Shown: piece by piece, positions 18,022 through 27,128 of the stretch
Position numbering within the stretch: position 1 is the stretch's first letter
How the letters are laid out: every line of letters starts with the position of its first letter
Assembly: GCA_049968255.1 (NCBI GenBank)
Contig: JBMFRB010000010.1
Span: 8,077-49,896, forward strand
Direction: 5' to 3'
Length of the DNA: 41,820 nt
Source of the DNA: Candidatus Sumerlaeaceae bacterium
GTDB taxonomy: Bacteria; Sumerlaeota; Sumerlaeia; Sumerlaeales; Sumerlaeaceae
Made by a program: the position numbers and the translations under genes
The notes under the pieces: generated by a model
What the model saw: the letters and a program-made list of their open reading frames with translations, nothing else
What the model was told of the DNA's origin: nothing
Databases searched by the model: none

Positions 18022-19524
18022 ATGAGTACTAAAACATTGCTTGGGATGCTAGGTGTGGCGGCCCTGGCGTCCACAAGCTTTGCAGCTATTAACTTGTCCG
18101 CCCCAGAACTTGCTGCCGGAGATCAGACGGGCGCCAAGATCAGATTCTCGTCGGATCAGGCCGGCTACGCCGTGGTCTATATCCTTGCCCAAAATGTGCC
18201 AGGCTACAATGCCGGGGAAGTTGTGCAGACAATCCGCGGCAACATGGTAGCTGGGCTCAACGAGTTCCTTTGGAACGGGACAAATGCGTTGCTCCGCAAC
18301 CCGAACCTCATCACGCAGGGCATTGGCGTAAGTAACTGTGGGGTGCCGTCGACCGGTGTTCTGCCTGATGGCTCGCAGGTCATCATTCGCGTGACAGCGA
18401 TGAACCAAGCGTTGTGGAATGCCGATTACGTCATTGGAACCCAAGGTCCTGCCCCTATCGGCAGATACCAGGCCCTGGATGTCAAGAACGGCAAGATTTT
18501 TGCCGGCGACACTGGCAACCAAGCGAACATTGCCTCCAACAAGCTCGTGCATATTTTCAATGCGGCGGATGGGTCAAATATCAGCACGTTTGCCTACGGC
18601 TCGATTTTCGGCAATGCGCAGAATGCTGAGCCGTATGACATTTTCGGAGAGGCCGACGGGTCGTATATGGTCGTTTCGCGATATTACCCTGCTGGAAACA
18701 GCTCTCCCGGATGGGTCACGCATTTCGACGCGTCCGGGACCCTGATTGCGAACGCGGTCACGGGAGCTGGTTATGTTCGCGCGGGAGATCGGCTTGGGGC
18801 GGGCACAAGTTCAATCTTTTACTTGTCTGTCAACGGACAGAATCTTGTGCGCCGAACCCCCTATGGGCAGGCGAACGCGAACGCGGTCTCAAACGCCCAA
18901 GTTCCTGCCCTGTTGGGACCGTCAGCCATTGCTGCTGTGGATAACGGGGCAAATGTGGCCCCCGTCTTGTACGTCGGATGCGAGAACTCGAATGTCGGCG
19001 TCCTCCGTCTGGATTGGAACGGCAGCGGCTACGTTCGCAATGAAATCTTCGTGAAAAACTTCTGGACCGATCAGAATGTGTGGACGTGGACCATGCTCAA
19101 CGTCAGCGGAAACTGGGATACTCTCACGGTAAGTGGCACGATCGGGACCGTTAATTCCAACCTATCATCGAACGGCCCGTGGGGTAACGCTTTCTATGGA
19201 CTGGTCATGGCAAACAAAGGCGATGTAAACTCGGACGTCTTTGTGCGCACGACAGGTGCCGTGTGGCGCTTGCACCCCGACGGAACAAGCGCGTGGCCCG
19301 GCCGCGTTATGCCGTTGGCGAACAACCAGGGGGCAGGCATAGACATTGCGTGGGACGGCAACTACCTGTACTTTACGACCGGTAATGCTCTAGCCTCGTC
19401 TTTACCCGGCCGTTGGATCATTCGTGATGCGTTCCCAGACTCGGGTGAAGTTACCAACACGCTGCCGCAAACCTGGAGCAACAGCCTTCTGCCCGTGGGC
19501 GTTTCGCGCCTGACGATTGAGTGA
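18022..19524 (+). CDS. Secreted 500-aa protein: FlgD-Ig-like N-domain, probable beta-propeller, C-terminal LPVGVSRLTIE
   Basis: Strong RBS AAAGGAGG before ATG 18022; signal peptide ending TSFA|A; GEVVQTI..AGLNEFLWNGTN..LPDG..IRVTA; NHL-like IFAGDTGN...VHIFN; rich in Asn, Gly and Trp. The upstream ORF extension (17461) is antisense to mgtA or intergenic. Confidence 0.8.
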   Translation: MSTKTLLGMLGVAALASTSFAAINLSAPELAAGDQTGAKIRFSSDQAGYAVVYILAQNVPGYNAGEVVQTIRGNMVAGLNEFLWNGTNALLRNPNLITQGIGVSNCGVPSTGVLPDGSQVIIRVTAMNQALWNADYVIGTQGPAPIGRYQALDVKNGKIFAGDTGNQANIASNKLVHIFNAADGSNISTFAYGSIFGNAQNAEPYDIFGEADGSYMVVSRYYPAGNSSPGWVTHFDASGTLIANAVTGAGYVRAGDRLGAGTSSIFYLSVNGQNLVRRTPYGQANANAVSNAQVPALLGPSAIAAVDNGANVAPVLYVGCENSNVGVLRLDWNGSGYVRNEIFVKNFWTDQNVWTWTMLNVSGNWDTLTVSGTIGTVNSNLSSNGPWGNAFYGLVMANKGDVNSDVFVRTTGAVWRLHPDGTSAWPGRVMPLANNQGAGIDIAWDGNYLYFTTGNALASSLPGRWIIRDAFPDSGEVTNTLPQTWSNSLLPVGVSRLTIE

Positions 19525-19565
19525 TCACACCTTAGCGGAGCGCGAAGCCGTGCTTTTGAGAGAAT

Positions 19566-19600
19566 TCCCCGCTGCGCCGCCACGCAGCGGGGGTTTTTTT
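19566..19600 (+). terminator. Rho-independent terminator
   Basis: Stem CCCCGCTGCG (19567-19576), loop CCGCCA, CGCAGCGGGG (19583-19592), then G and a T7 tract, about 40 nt after the 19524 stop. Confidence 0.9.
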
Positions 19601-19793
19601 GGGTGCTGGCGTGATCGGAGCTTCTTCTGTGACAAGCAGGGCGGTGGGGTACACAACGAAGAGAACGAGCGAGGACCGGGGGCTTGGGTGATTTGAAGAC
19701 TTGCTTGACCCGACAAAAAGGAGAAAGCCAGGGAGATCCCGTGACATTGAATTACGGTCATGTGAAAAAGACGAGTTTGAAGAGAGGTGTATC

Positions 19794-20252
19794 ATGGCCC
19801 GCTTGAGACTTTTAGGCGAGATTGTGGTAACGATGGTTGTCAGCGTGACATTTCTTGCTGGCTGCGGCCAATCGCCAGAGCCGACACAAAGTCGATCGGA
19901 TTCAGCGCAATCGAGCAAGGCCACAGCCCAGCAGGCGATGGCTGATCGTGCTCTGCGCAAGGCCCAAGCGACAAAGCCGACTCCGACGCCCACGCCAACA
20001 CCGGAGCCAGAGAAACTCGTCACACTGACGACAACGACAACGTTGAGGGAGTTGGCGGCCGAACTCACCAAGCAGCTCGGGATCGAGTACGCGGCGGACG
20101 ACGCTGTGGCCGACACGACGATCTCGCTCGATCTTAGAAATGCAACGCGCGGCGACGTGGAAACTGCGGTCCGCGAAAAAACAAAGGTCCGCCTTATTTA
20201 TAGCGACCGCGATATCCCTGAGAAGTGGGTTCATTTTGCGCCAGAGTTTTGA
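19794..20252 (+). CDS. Lipoprotein with a Pro-Thr linker and STN/secretin-N-like domain, 152 aa
   Basis: GAGAGG RBS; lipobox LAGC; PTPTPTPTPEPE; TLRELAAELTKQLGIEYAADDAVADTTISLDLRNAT resembles an STN domain. Confidence 0.7.
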   Translation: MARLRLLGEIVVTMVVSVTFLAGCGQSPEPTQSRSDSAQSSKATAQQAMADRALRKAQATKPTPTPTPTPEPEKLVTLTTTTTLRELAAELTKQLGIEYAADDAVADTTISLDLRNATRGDVETAVREKTKVRLIYSDRDIPEKWVHFAPEF

Positions 20253-20382
20253 AGCGGGAGGTCGGATGTCAGCTCGTCTTTTGACGATGGGGTCACGTGG
20301 GTCCGTGCACGGGCAACTCGGTTGACTCACGCATGAGGGCCATCCAGGCGTGGTTACGTGCGCGACGGTACGCGCGGAGCGA

Positions 20383-21075
20383 TTAGGTCAGTTCGATTCC
20401 GAGCAGAGCAAGGGCGTGGCAGAATTTGGTGGGGAGGGTGGAGCGGATGTCCTCGGGCAGGGCACCGAGATCGGCGGGGGTGAGCACGCATGGAGCGTCG
20501 TCGAGCATGGCGCACTCGAGTCCGGCGGTGGCGAGTTGTTTGGCCAGGGCCACGGGGCGGTTACCGTTGGCCGCGTAGGCGTTGGCGAGGATTTCGAGAG
20601 GCAGGGGGGTGCGGGTGCCGAGGGCGTAGACGTCTCCCATGGGTGTGGGTCCAATGACGACGTCGTTTTCGAGCAATCCGCGAAAGATCTCTTCGATCCG
20701 GGATCGGCGGAGAGCTAAACACGTGGGTTTGACGAGAAGGGCAAGGGCGGCGCCGTCGTCGAGAGCGAAGGTCAGAGCGTGGGCCATGCGCTCGACTTCG
20801 GTGGCCCCTTCGTTCCACTCGAGCACAGCGCGTCCGCGGGTCCATGCGAGCCAGTCCTGCAGGTCGCGCGTGCGCTCACGCGGCTGATACATGATGTAGG
20901 CGCGATAATCGTCGTCGAGCGGAAGGATCTGGCGCAGCACCTGCTCGATTGTGAGGCGTGCGAAAGCGAGCGCGTTGGCGGCGCCAAGTTGCTCGACGAG
21001 CAGGGGAGGGAGGTTCAAGACCTCGGGGAATTCGAGCGGAATGACGAGTGCCGGTTTTTGCGATGCGATGCCCAT
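20383..21075 (-). CDS. DUF2064/CofC-like (GT-A-like) protein, divergent
   Basis: DVVIGPTPMGDVYALG matches the DUF2064 pattern VxGPAxDGGYYLxG. Start placed at MGIASQK (21075). Confidence 0.6.
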   Translation of the reverse strand: MGIASQKPALVIPLEFPEVLNLPPLLVEQLGAANALAFARLTIEQVLRQILPLDDDYRAYIMYQPRERTRDLQDWLAWTRGRAVLEWNEGATEVERMAHALTFALDDGAALALLVKPTCLALRRSRIEEIFRGLLENDVVIGPTPMGDVYALGTRTPLPLEILANAYAANGNRPVALAKQLATAGLECAMLDDAPCVLTPADLGALPEDIRSTLPTKFCHALALLGIELT

Positions 21076-21580
21076 TGTGTCTTTGCCTACATGTTTTGCG
21101 TGCAAATTATTGAAAATATGCGGTTTTGCAGCGACAACGCCCTTGAAAGCCCTCACGAGTCGAACCGGTTGTGGCCGGAAGGCGTGGCGCGCACGCCCCG
21201 CGCCGTAGGGTCGCGCCTTGGGGGCGCGCAAGACAAGCGCCTTCCCCACGTGGACACGGCGCGGCGTTCCGCGTGCTAGTTTAGCTCATTTGCTCTAGGG
21301 CGCCAACTCGGAAGTGATTTTTTCTTGCCATGCTGACGTCGGCTGATGAGGAGCTCCCTAAGAGCTGGCAAGCGGCTGATAGCTTCAACGCGGGGAGACG
21401 TTGGCGCTCCGCAGGTGACGCATGGCGTTCGTCCCGCGCGAGCCAGGCCCAGCGAGGCGGTGACGATTGGGCGGCAAAGGAGACCAAATGAGGGAGTCAG
21501 CCAATCGACGGCGGGGGCAAGGGGCTGGACCCCCGGGGGCGCTCGGCCAAAACGGCTGGTGGGGCAGGGAAAGAGTTGCT

Positions 21581-22717
21581 GTGCGGGCGTGGCTGTGGGG
21601 TGGTGCACCGCTCCCCTTCTGGCGCTCGGACAACGTTTGTGCTCAAGGCAATCTCTGTTGCCGGTCTGGAGTCGCCGGCGCTTTCTTTGCGTTGGTTTTG
21701 GCGCAAGTGTCGGTCCTTGGCATGGGTGCGGAGGCGCTGCCGGCGGGCGTGGCGGGGTCCGATTGGTGCACTTCGCCGACCTTCGCGGGCTGGGTGGCGG
21801 ATCCCGTTTGGAACGAGTTTGTGACGACGTTCACACTCCTCGATGGCGTGGTCGTGCACGTGAACGCGCCGGCACAGATGTGTGCGCGTCGCGCGGCGCC
21901 AACTCGACTGGTGCTCTACGCGTTGCCCAACGGTAACTCGATTGCGTGGACGGTGGGCAAGCGTGTGGAGCCGGGCGACGACTGGCATTTTGGCATTCAA
22001 CACATTGGGGCGCAGGCGCGGTTGGCGCGCAAGCTTTCGCCCGAAGAGAACATCGTGGTGGCGTACGCCGAGGCGCCGGGGCGGAGCTGGCCGGCATGGC
22101 GGCGCAAGCACGGGGAAAAGGCTCCGCAGCTGGCGCGAAAGCTGGTGGAGCAGGTGGCCAGGCGTTTCACTGCGTGGAGGCCGCAGATTGAGCTGGTGGC
22201 GCACAGCGGCGGTGGAAGTTTGCTCTTTGCCTTTATCGAAGAGGGCGACGAGATTTCGTCCGAAGTCCGGCGGTTTGTGTTTCTCGATGCGAATTATGGC
22301 TTCTCTCAAGAGGCTGGGCATGGCGCAAGGTTGGCGCAGTGGCTACACGACTCACCGGATCGGGTGCTGGTGGTGGCGGCTTACGATGACCGCGGGGTGA
22401 CCTTGAACGGCAAACCCGTGGTGGGACCTACAGGCGGCACGTGGCGGGCGACTCAGCGCCTGATGGCTGATCTGGGAGCGCGCGATGGGCTGACGACTGT
22501 GACAGTCGGCGAGCTCGTAGACGTGCGGGGATTCGGGGGCCGGCTGAGGGTGGCGCTTCACCGGAACACCGAGCGGCGAATTCTGCACACGGTGCTTGTC
22601 GAGCGCAATGGATTCGTGTGGGGGGTGCTGGCGGCAACGCTGGCCGAAGCCAGGGCGCCAGCTTTTTTTAGCGAGCCGGCTTACGGTAGGTTGCTAGGAG
22701 GAAGCGAGCGTCCGTAA
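21581..22717 (+). CDS. Uncharacterised alpha/beta-hydrolase-fold protein, probably exported
   Basis: LVLYALPNGN, DWHFGIQHIGAQ, nucleophile elbow AHSGGG, FLDANY. Hydrophobic segment FFALVLAQVSVLG. Start uncertain (GTG 21581 chosen). Confidence 0.6.
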   Translation: MRAWLWGGAPLPFWRSDNVCAQGNLCCRSGVAGAFFALVLAQVSVLGMGAEALPAGVAGSDWCTSPTFAGWVADPVWNEFVTTFTLLDGVVVHVNAPAQMCARRAAPTRLVLYALPNGNSIAWTVGKRVEPGDDWHFGIQHIGAQARLARKLSPEENIVVAYAEAPGRSWPAWRRKHGEKAPQLARKLVEQVARRFTAWRPQIELVAHSGGGSLLFAFIEEGDEISSEVRRFVFLDANYGFSQEAGHGARLAQWLHDSPDRVLVVAAYDDRGVTLNGKPVVGPTGGTWRATQRLMADLGARDGLTTVTVGELVDVRGFGGRLRVALHRNTERRILHTVLVERNGFVWGVLAATLAEARAPAFFSEPAYGRLLGGSERP

Positions 22718-23057
22718 TGGGCGGGGCGACTTGGGGAGCCCCACGCGACTGGCTGATCTTCGGTGAGGCGGTGCGCTGCACGAGCAATGAGCTTGCTTCT
22801 GTCGTGCGTGCGGAAGGCCTTCTCCCCTGCTGCTGCCACCCGGAGAGAGTTTGCGGACGTGCCATGCGGGCAATGGAGGGGCGTTGGCGCAAGGAGTGCT
22901 TACTTTAGGGTCATGCATTGGCTCTAGGCAACGCGGACCATGGTGTTTCCGTGGCTCTGGGTTGCTCGGCGCGAGGTCATGGGATGGGGTTTTCCGAGGT
23001 TATTTGTTTTCGGTCCGGGACCAATGGCCTCGGGCGTGCGGGCCAATCGACGGAGCC

Positions 23058-24365
23058 TTAGTCGATTTGAAGTTCGTAAGGCAAAGTGCCGCAGACCAGT
23101 GGTTGAATGCCGTCGAGGTGCATGCGGATATGAAACACCACGAGGGCTGGTGGGCCGAGCTGGAGCTGAAGATCATTTCGGCTGTGGGCTTGGAGCACGA
23201 TCGTATATTGGCCGCGGTAGAGCCAGATGGGTGCCATGCGCAAGCGCAGGCGGCCGGCCACGGCGCCTCTGAGATCCACCCCTTTCTCGCTGGCAGTGAA
23301 TTCGTCGACGATGTCGCCGACCTCGTTGAGGATGATGACGAGAATATCCCACTCGTCGAGGGGGGCTCCTGCTCGGACACTTGCTCGCAACTCGAGCACG
23401 CCTCCGGTCTCAAAGGTGGTGGTGGGGTGGCCGTGTTCGTCGAAGAGCTCCATGCGTTCGATGATGACCTTTTGGGGAGCGGGAGGTGGTTCGGTGGTTT
23501 GGGCGTCGGTGGCGAGGGGCTGAGGGAGGTCTAGGCCTCGGCGCTGCTGGATGCGTTGGTTGAGGTAGCGCCGGTACGAGGGGGTCACTTCTTCGGTGGG
23601 TCCGAAAGCCAAGGCGCGTCCGGCATCGAGCCAGAGCGCGCGGGTGCACAGGTGTTCGACTTGGTCGACGAGATGGGTGACGAGAAGCAGGGAACGGCCT
23701 TCGTCGGCGAACTGGAGCAAGCGCTGAGTGCTTCGCATTTGGAATTCGCTGTCGCCTACGGCGAGCACTTCATCGATGAGAATGATGTCGGGGTCGGTGT
23801 TGACGGCCACGGCGAGGCCAAGACGGGCAATCATACCTGAGGAAAAGTGGCGCAGTGGCATCTCGAGAGTGTCGTGGTCGAGACCGGCAAAGGCGCCAAT
23901 GGAGGGGAGGCGGCGACGCATTTCGTCGCGGGGGATTCCCAAGATTGACGCCGTGAGAAAAATATTTTCGTAACCGGTGAGCGCAGGATGAAATCCGGCG
24001 GAAAGATCGAGCAGCGCAGCCACGCGGGGCAGTCGGCGAAGCTGACCAACGTCGGGATACGAGATGCCAGCGATCACGCGCAGCAGGGTGCTTTTGCCGG
24101 CGCCGTTTGGCCCTAAAATGCCAATGATTTCGCCGCGTTGGACATCGAACGACACGTCGCGCAGTGCCCAGAGCTCGCGCCGGTGGCGGCGGGTGGCCAG
24201 GCGCCACAGAAATGCCGAAGCCATGCGGCCCGCTGACTGCGCCACGACTGTGTAACGTTTGCCGATGTGCTCGACCTCAACGCTGTTGGCCGGATTGCGC
24301 GGAAGTGTCACACCGGCCGACGCTACGGTGGCATCGACCGGCCGAGACTTTCGTGAAGTGTCCAT
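23058..24365 (-). CDS. Polysaccharide/teichoic-acid export ABC ATPase (Wzt/TagH type) with a Wzt_C-like domain
   Basis: LWALRDVSF, GPNGAGKST, FSSGMIARL, IDEVLAVGDSEFQ, C-terminal Ig-like domain. Start at MDTSRK (24365); the ORF extension to 24746 overlaps dsbD antisense. Confidence 0.9.
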   Translation of the reverse strand: MDTSRKSRPVDATVASAGVTLPRNPANSVEVEHIGKRYTVVAQSAGRMASAFLWRLATRRHRRELWALRDVSFDVQRGEIIGILGPNGAGKSTLLRVIAGISYPDVGQLRRLPRVAALLDLSAGFHPALTGYENIFLTASILGIPRDEMRRRLPSIGAFAGLDHDTLEMPLRHFSSGMIARLGLAVAVNTDPDIILIDEVLAVGDSEFQMRSTQRLLQFADEGRSLLLVTHLVDQVEHLCTRALWLDAGRALAFGPTEEVTPSYRRYLNQRIQQRRGLDLPQPLATDAQTTEPPPAPQKVIIERMELFDEHGHPTTTFETGGVLELRASVRAGAPLDEWDILVIILNEVGDIVDEFTASEKGVDLRGAVAGRLRLRMAPIWLYRGQYTIVLQAHSRNDLQLQLGPPALVVFHIRMHLDGIQPLVCGTLPYELQID

Positions 24366-24407
24366 CGCCGAACATTTTTCGATAGCGCCGTGTAGCTTTT
24401 CAACGAT

Positions 24408-25865
24408 ATGTTGAAGCGATCCTTGCTCTTGCTGAGTCTCTTGCCCCTCACGGCTGCGGCGTGGGCTGGTATTTCTGATTTTGACGCCGGAGCGAGCCTC
24501 GTGATGCGTGGTTTTCTTCTCACGTGGCTGCTGGTGTTCGCGGGCGGAGTGCTGGTCAGCCTCACGCCGTGCGTTTACCCCATGATTCCGATCACGCTCA
24601 GCATCATTGGTGCACGCTCGGCCGAGCAGAAGCCCTTGCGTGGGTTCCTCGTGTCGCTCGTGTTTGTGCTGGGCTTGGCGGTGGTTTACACAGCGCTTGG
24701 CTACGTGGGAGCAAAGACGGGCAAGCTTGTCGGATTTATGCTCCAAAGTAAGTGGTTTCTGGGGTTCCTGACGCTTTTTTTTCTGGCGATGGGAGCGAGT
24801 ATGCTAGGGCTGTTCGAGATTCAGATGCCGCCGGCCCTAGCATCACGGCTGCAGGGCAAGGCCGGGCGTGGAGGATTTCTTGGGGCATTTCTTCTGGGTG
24901 TGGTGACGGGTGTTGTGGCCTCGCCGTGTGGCAGCCCTGTGCTCTTCAGTGTGCTCACGCTCGCCACTCAAAGCGGCCAGGAGCTTGTGGGGATGGCGCT
25001 GCTTTTCGGGTATGCGCTGGGCATCGGTATGCTGTTCTTGGTGTTGGGGACTTTTCCGTCGTTTCTTCGGACGATGCCGAAATCGGGCGACTGGATGGAG
25101 GATGTAAAAATTTTTCTTGGGCTTCTGCTGATTGCCGTGGCGATCGGTTACTATGCGGGACTGCTGCTACCGGCGATGGTCCACAGAGGGGTGATAATCT
25201 TGGCGGCGATGGCAGGAGCGGCTTTTGCTCTGCGCCACGCGCGCAAGAGGAGCGAGCGGACTGGGCTCAAGCGATTTTGGGTAGGGCTCAGTGGAGCTCT
25301 GGCGGCTGTGGGTGTCTATGTGGCGGCAGGGGTCTTTGTGCAGCAAGGGGGGAAGGAGTTTCCTGCGGCCCGCCTAAGCACACCGCCGGCGGTCAAGGAA
25401 GGGACGACGGGCGTGAGTCCTTCTCGAGCTGTGGCGCCTGAGACATCTTCCACGCAGGCCGCTGATTCGGGAGCCGTGACGAAGCAAGCGGGAGGGCATG
25501 AGGAGTGGCTCACCGATGAAGCCGAGGCATTGCGCCGTGCAAAGGAGCTCGGCAAACCGGTGATTATTGATTTCCGCGCGGACTGGTGTGCTGCCTGCAA
25601 GGAGCTCGAACACAAGACTTTCCCGCACCCCGAAGTGGCGCCGCTGTTGGAAAAGTTCATAAAGGTGAAAATTGACGCCACAGAAGAAACCGATGAGAAC
25701 GCGGCACTGCGCCAGAAATATGGGGCGCTCGCTCTGCCAACCGTGGTGCTCATCCGGCCCGATGGGGCGGTGGCCACGGATCTTGTGCTGCGCAAATTTG
25801 AGGAGCCGGGCAAATTTGCTGAGCGCCTGAAGAAATTCCTCGCCAGCGAGGGCAAAGGGCAATGA
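24408..25865 (+). CDS. dsbD: CcdA/DsbD-type thiol:disulfide interchange protein (TM domain plus thioredoxin domain, no DsbD-alpha domain)
   Basis: SLTPCVYPMIP, VASPCGSP, MPKSGDWM, DFRADWCAACK. Confidence 0.88.
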   Translation: MLKRSLLLLSLLPLTAAAWAGISDFDAGASLVMRGFLLTWLLVFAGGVLVSLTPCVYPMIPITLSIIGARSAEQKPLRGFLVSLVFVLGLAVVYTALGYVGAKTGKLVGFMLQSKWFLGFLTLFFLAMGASMLGLFEIQMPPALASRLQGKAGRGGFLGAFLLGVVTGVVASPCGSPVLFSVLTLATQSGQELVGMALLFGYALGIGMLFLVLGTFPSFLRTMPKSGDWMEDVKIFLGLLLIAVAIGYYAGLLLPAMVHRGVIILAAMAGAAFALRHARKRSERTGLKRFWVGLSGALAAVGVYVAAGVFVQQGGKEFPAARLSTPPAVKEGTTGVSPSRAVAPETSSTQAADSGAVTKQAGGHEEWLTDEAEALRRAKELGKPVIIDFRADWCAACKELEHKTFPHPEVAPLLEKFIKVKIDATEETDENAALRQKYGALALPTVVLIRPDGAVATDLVLRKFEEPGKFAERLKKFLASEGKGQ

Positions 25866-26080
25866 TGAGTGCGGGCAAGATGCTCATCTTCCTGGGGGTG
25901 TTGCTCGTTGTGGTGGGTGTGATTTTGGTGGGTCTGGAAAAATTGCCGTGGCTGGGGCGACTGCCTGGCGACATCCACATCGAGCGGCGCAATTTCTCGT
26001 TCCATTTTCCTATCGTGACGAGCCTACTGCTTAGCGTGATTCTCACGATTCTGCTGAATTTGTTCTTGCGGGGGCGCTGA
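25862..26080 (+). CDS. DUF2905 family small membrane protein
   Basis: LGRLPGDIHIER...FHFPIVTSLLLS; overlaps the dsbD stop (ATGA). Confidence 0.88.
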   Translation: MMSAGKMLIFLGVLLVVVGVILVGLEKLPWLGRLPGDIHIERRNFSFHFPIVTSLLLSVILTILLNLFLRGR

Positions 26081-26084
26081 GGCG

Positions 26085-26888
26085 ATGGAGGGCAATGGAC
26101 AGATTCCGGGGGCTGGCGAGCCTGGCATCGTCATCGATGGCTTCACGAAGCGCTACGACGACGTCGTGGCGGTGAACGACCTCAACCTTGAAGTGCGCCG
26201 TGGCGAGCTGTTCACGTTCCTGGGACCCAATGGCGCAGGCAAAACGACCACAATCAAGGCGCTGGCGGGTCTCATTCGTCCGACGGCTGGACGACTTGTG
26301 GTGGCCGGTTTCGATGTTCAGCGCGACCCGGTCGAGGCAAAACGGCGCATTGGTTTCATCCCGGATCACCCTTATCTCTACGAAAAGCTTAGCGGCGCGG
26401 ACTTCTTTCATTTTGTGGGCGATCTGTTTTCCATTCCGCGCGAGATTCAACGCGAGCGCATGCGCTATTATTTCGAGCTTTTTGGTTTGACGGCCGCAGC
26501 GGATAAGCTCATTGAGAACTATAGCCACGGCATGCGTCAGAAGTTGGTGGTGAGCGTAGCGCTGATGCACGACCCCGAAGTGATCATCGTGGATGAACCG
26601 CTGGTGGGGCTCGATCCGAAGAGCTCGCGTATCCTGAAGGATCTTATGCGCGACCAGGTGCGCTTGGGCAAGGCGGTGTTTTTGTCTCTGCACCAATTGG
26701 CTGTGGCGGAGGAAATTGCGGACCGGATTGGCATTATTCACAAGGGGCGCCTGCTCTTCGTGGGAACGCTCGATGAGCTGCGCGCTCGCCAACGCCGGAG
26801 TGCCGACCTCGAAGACCTGTTCCTCGAGCTTACCGCCGAGGACGACGAGCGACCTGCTGAATCTGCTGTGGGGCGCCCTCGTCCTTGA
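26085..26888 (+). CDS. ABC-2 type transporter ATP-binding protein
   Basis: GPNGAGKTT, YSHGMRQK, IIVDEPLVGLDP, LEDLFLELT. Confidence 0.92.
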   Translation: MEGNGQIPGAGEPGIVIDGFTKRYDDVVAVNDLNLEVRRGELFTFLGPNGAGKTTTIKALAGLIRPTAGRLVVAGFDVQRDPVEAKRRIGFIPDHPYLYEKLSGADFFHFVGDLFSIPREIQRERMRYYFELFGLTAAADKLIENYSHGMRQKLVVSVALMHDPEVIIVDEPLVGLDPKSSRILKDLMRDQVRLGKAVFLSLHQLAVAEEIADRIGIIHKGRLLFVGTLDELRARQRRSADLEDLFLELTAEDDERPAESAVGRPRP

Positions 26889-27128
26889 ACGTTTCCAGCT
26901 TGCCGCGTTCGCGGCTACGAACGAGGACGTGAGCTATTCCTTAGGTTTGCTCTCTCAGCGACATTGTCAGGCAGCGGGTGGTACGCAGCATGGCTTCGGT
27001 GCAAAAAAACTCTGACAAGCAGCAAGAATTTCTTTGAATAATTTACCCAGGTGCCCATAGGCAATCATAGCTCGTGCCCGACAAGCTTTCCCCTCGCGCA
27101 GCCACTGCGAAAAACAGGAGTGGTTGCG

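Noticed and set aside
19975-20045. Short tandem-like repeats (CCGACT/CCGACG/CCCACG; ACGACA)
   Set aside because: They simply encode the (PT)n and Thr-run linker; not a CRISPR or a phase-variable tract.
21338-21375. CTGATGAG followed by hairpin AGCTC-CCTAA-GAGCT, resembling a hammerhead ribozyme core or the 3' end of a fluoride riboswitch
   Set aside because: No GAAA after the stem (reads GGCAAG), and no upstream GATGGxGTTC element.
22717-22908. 63-aa ORF overlapping the upstream stop (TAATG), containing CCCH
   Set aside because: No recognisable motif or RBS. It cannot be supported from sequence alone, although it is not excluded.
24366-24746. N-terminal extension of the Wzt ORF
   Set aside because: Antisense shadow of the dsbD TM region; no family similarity.
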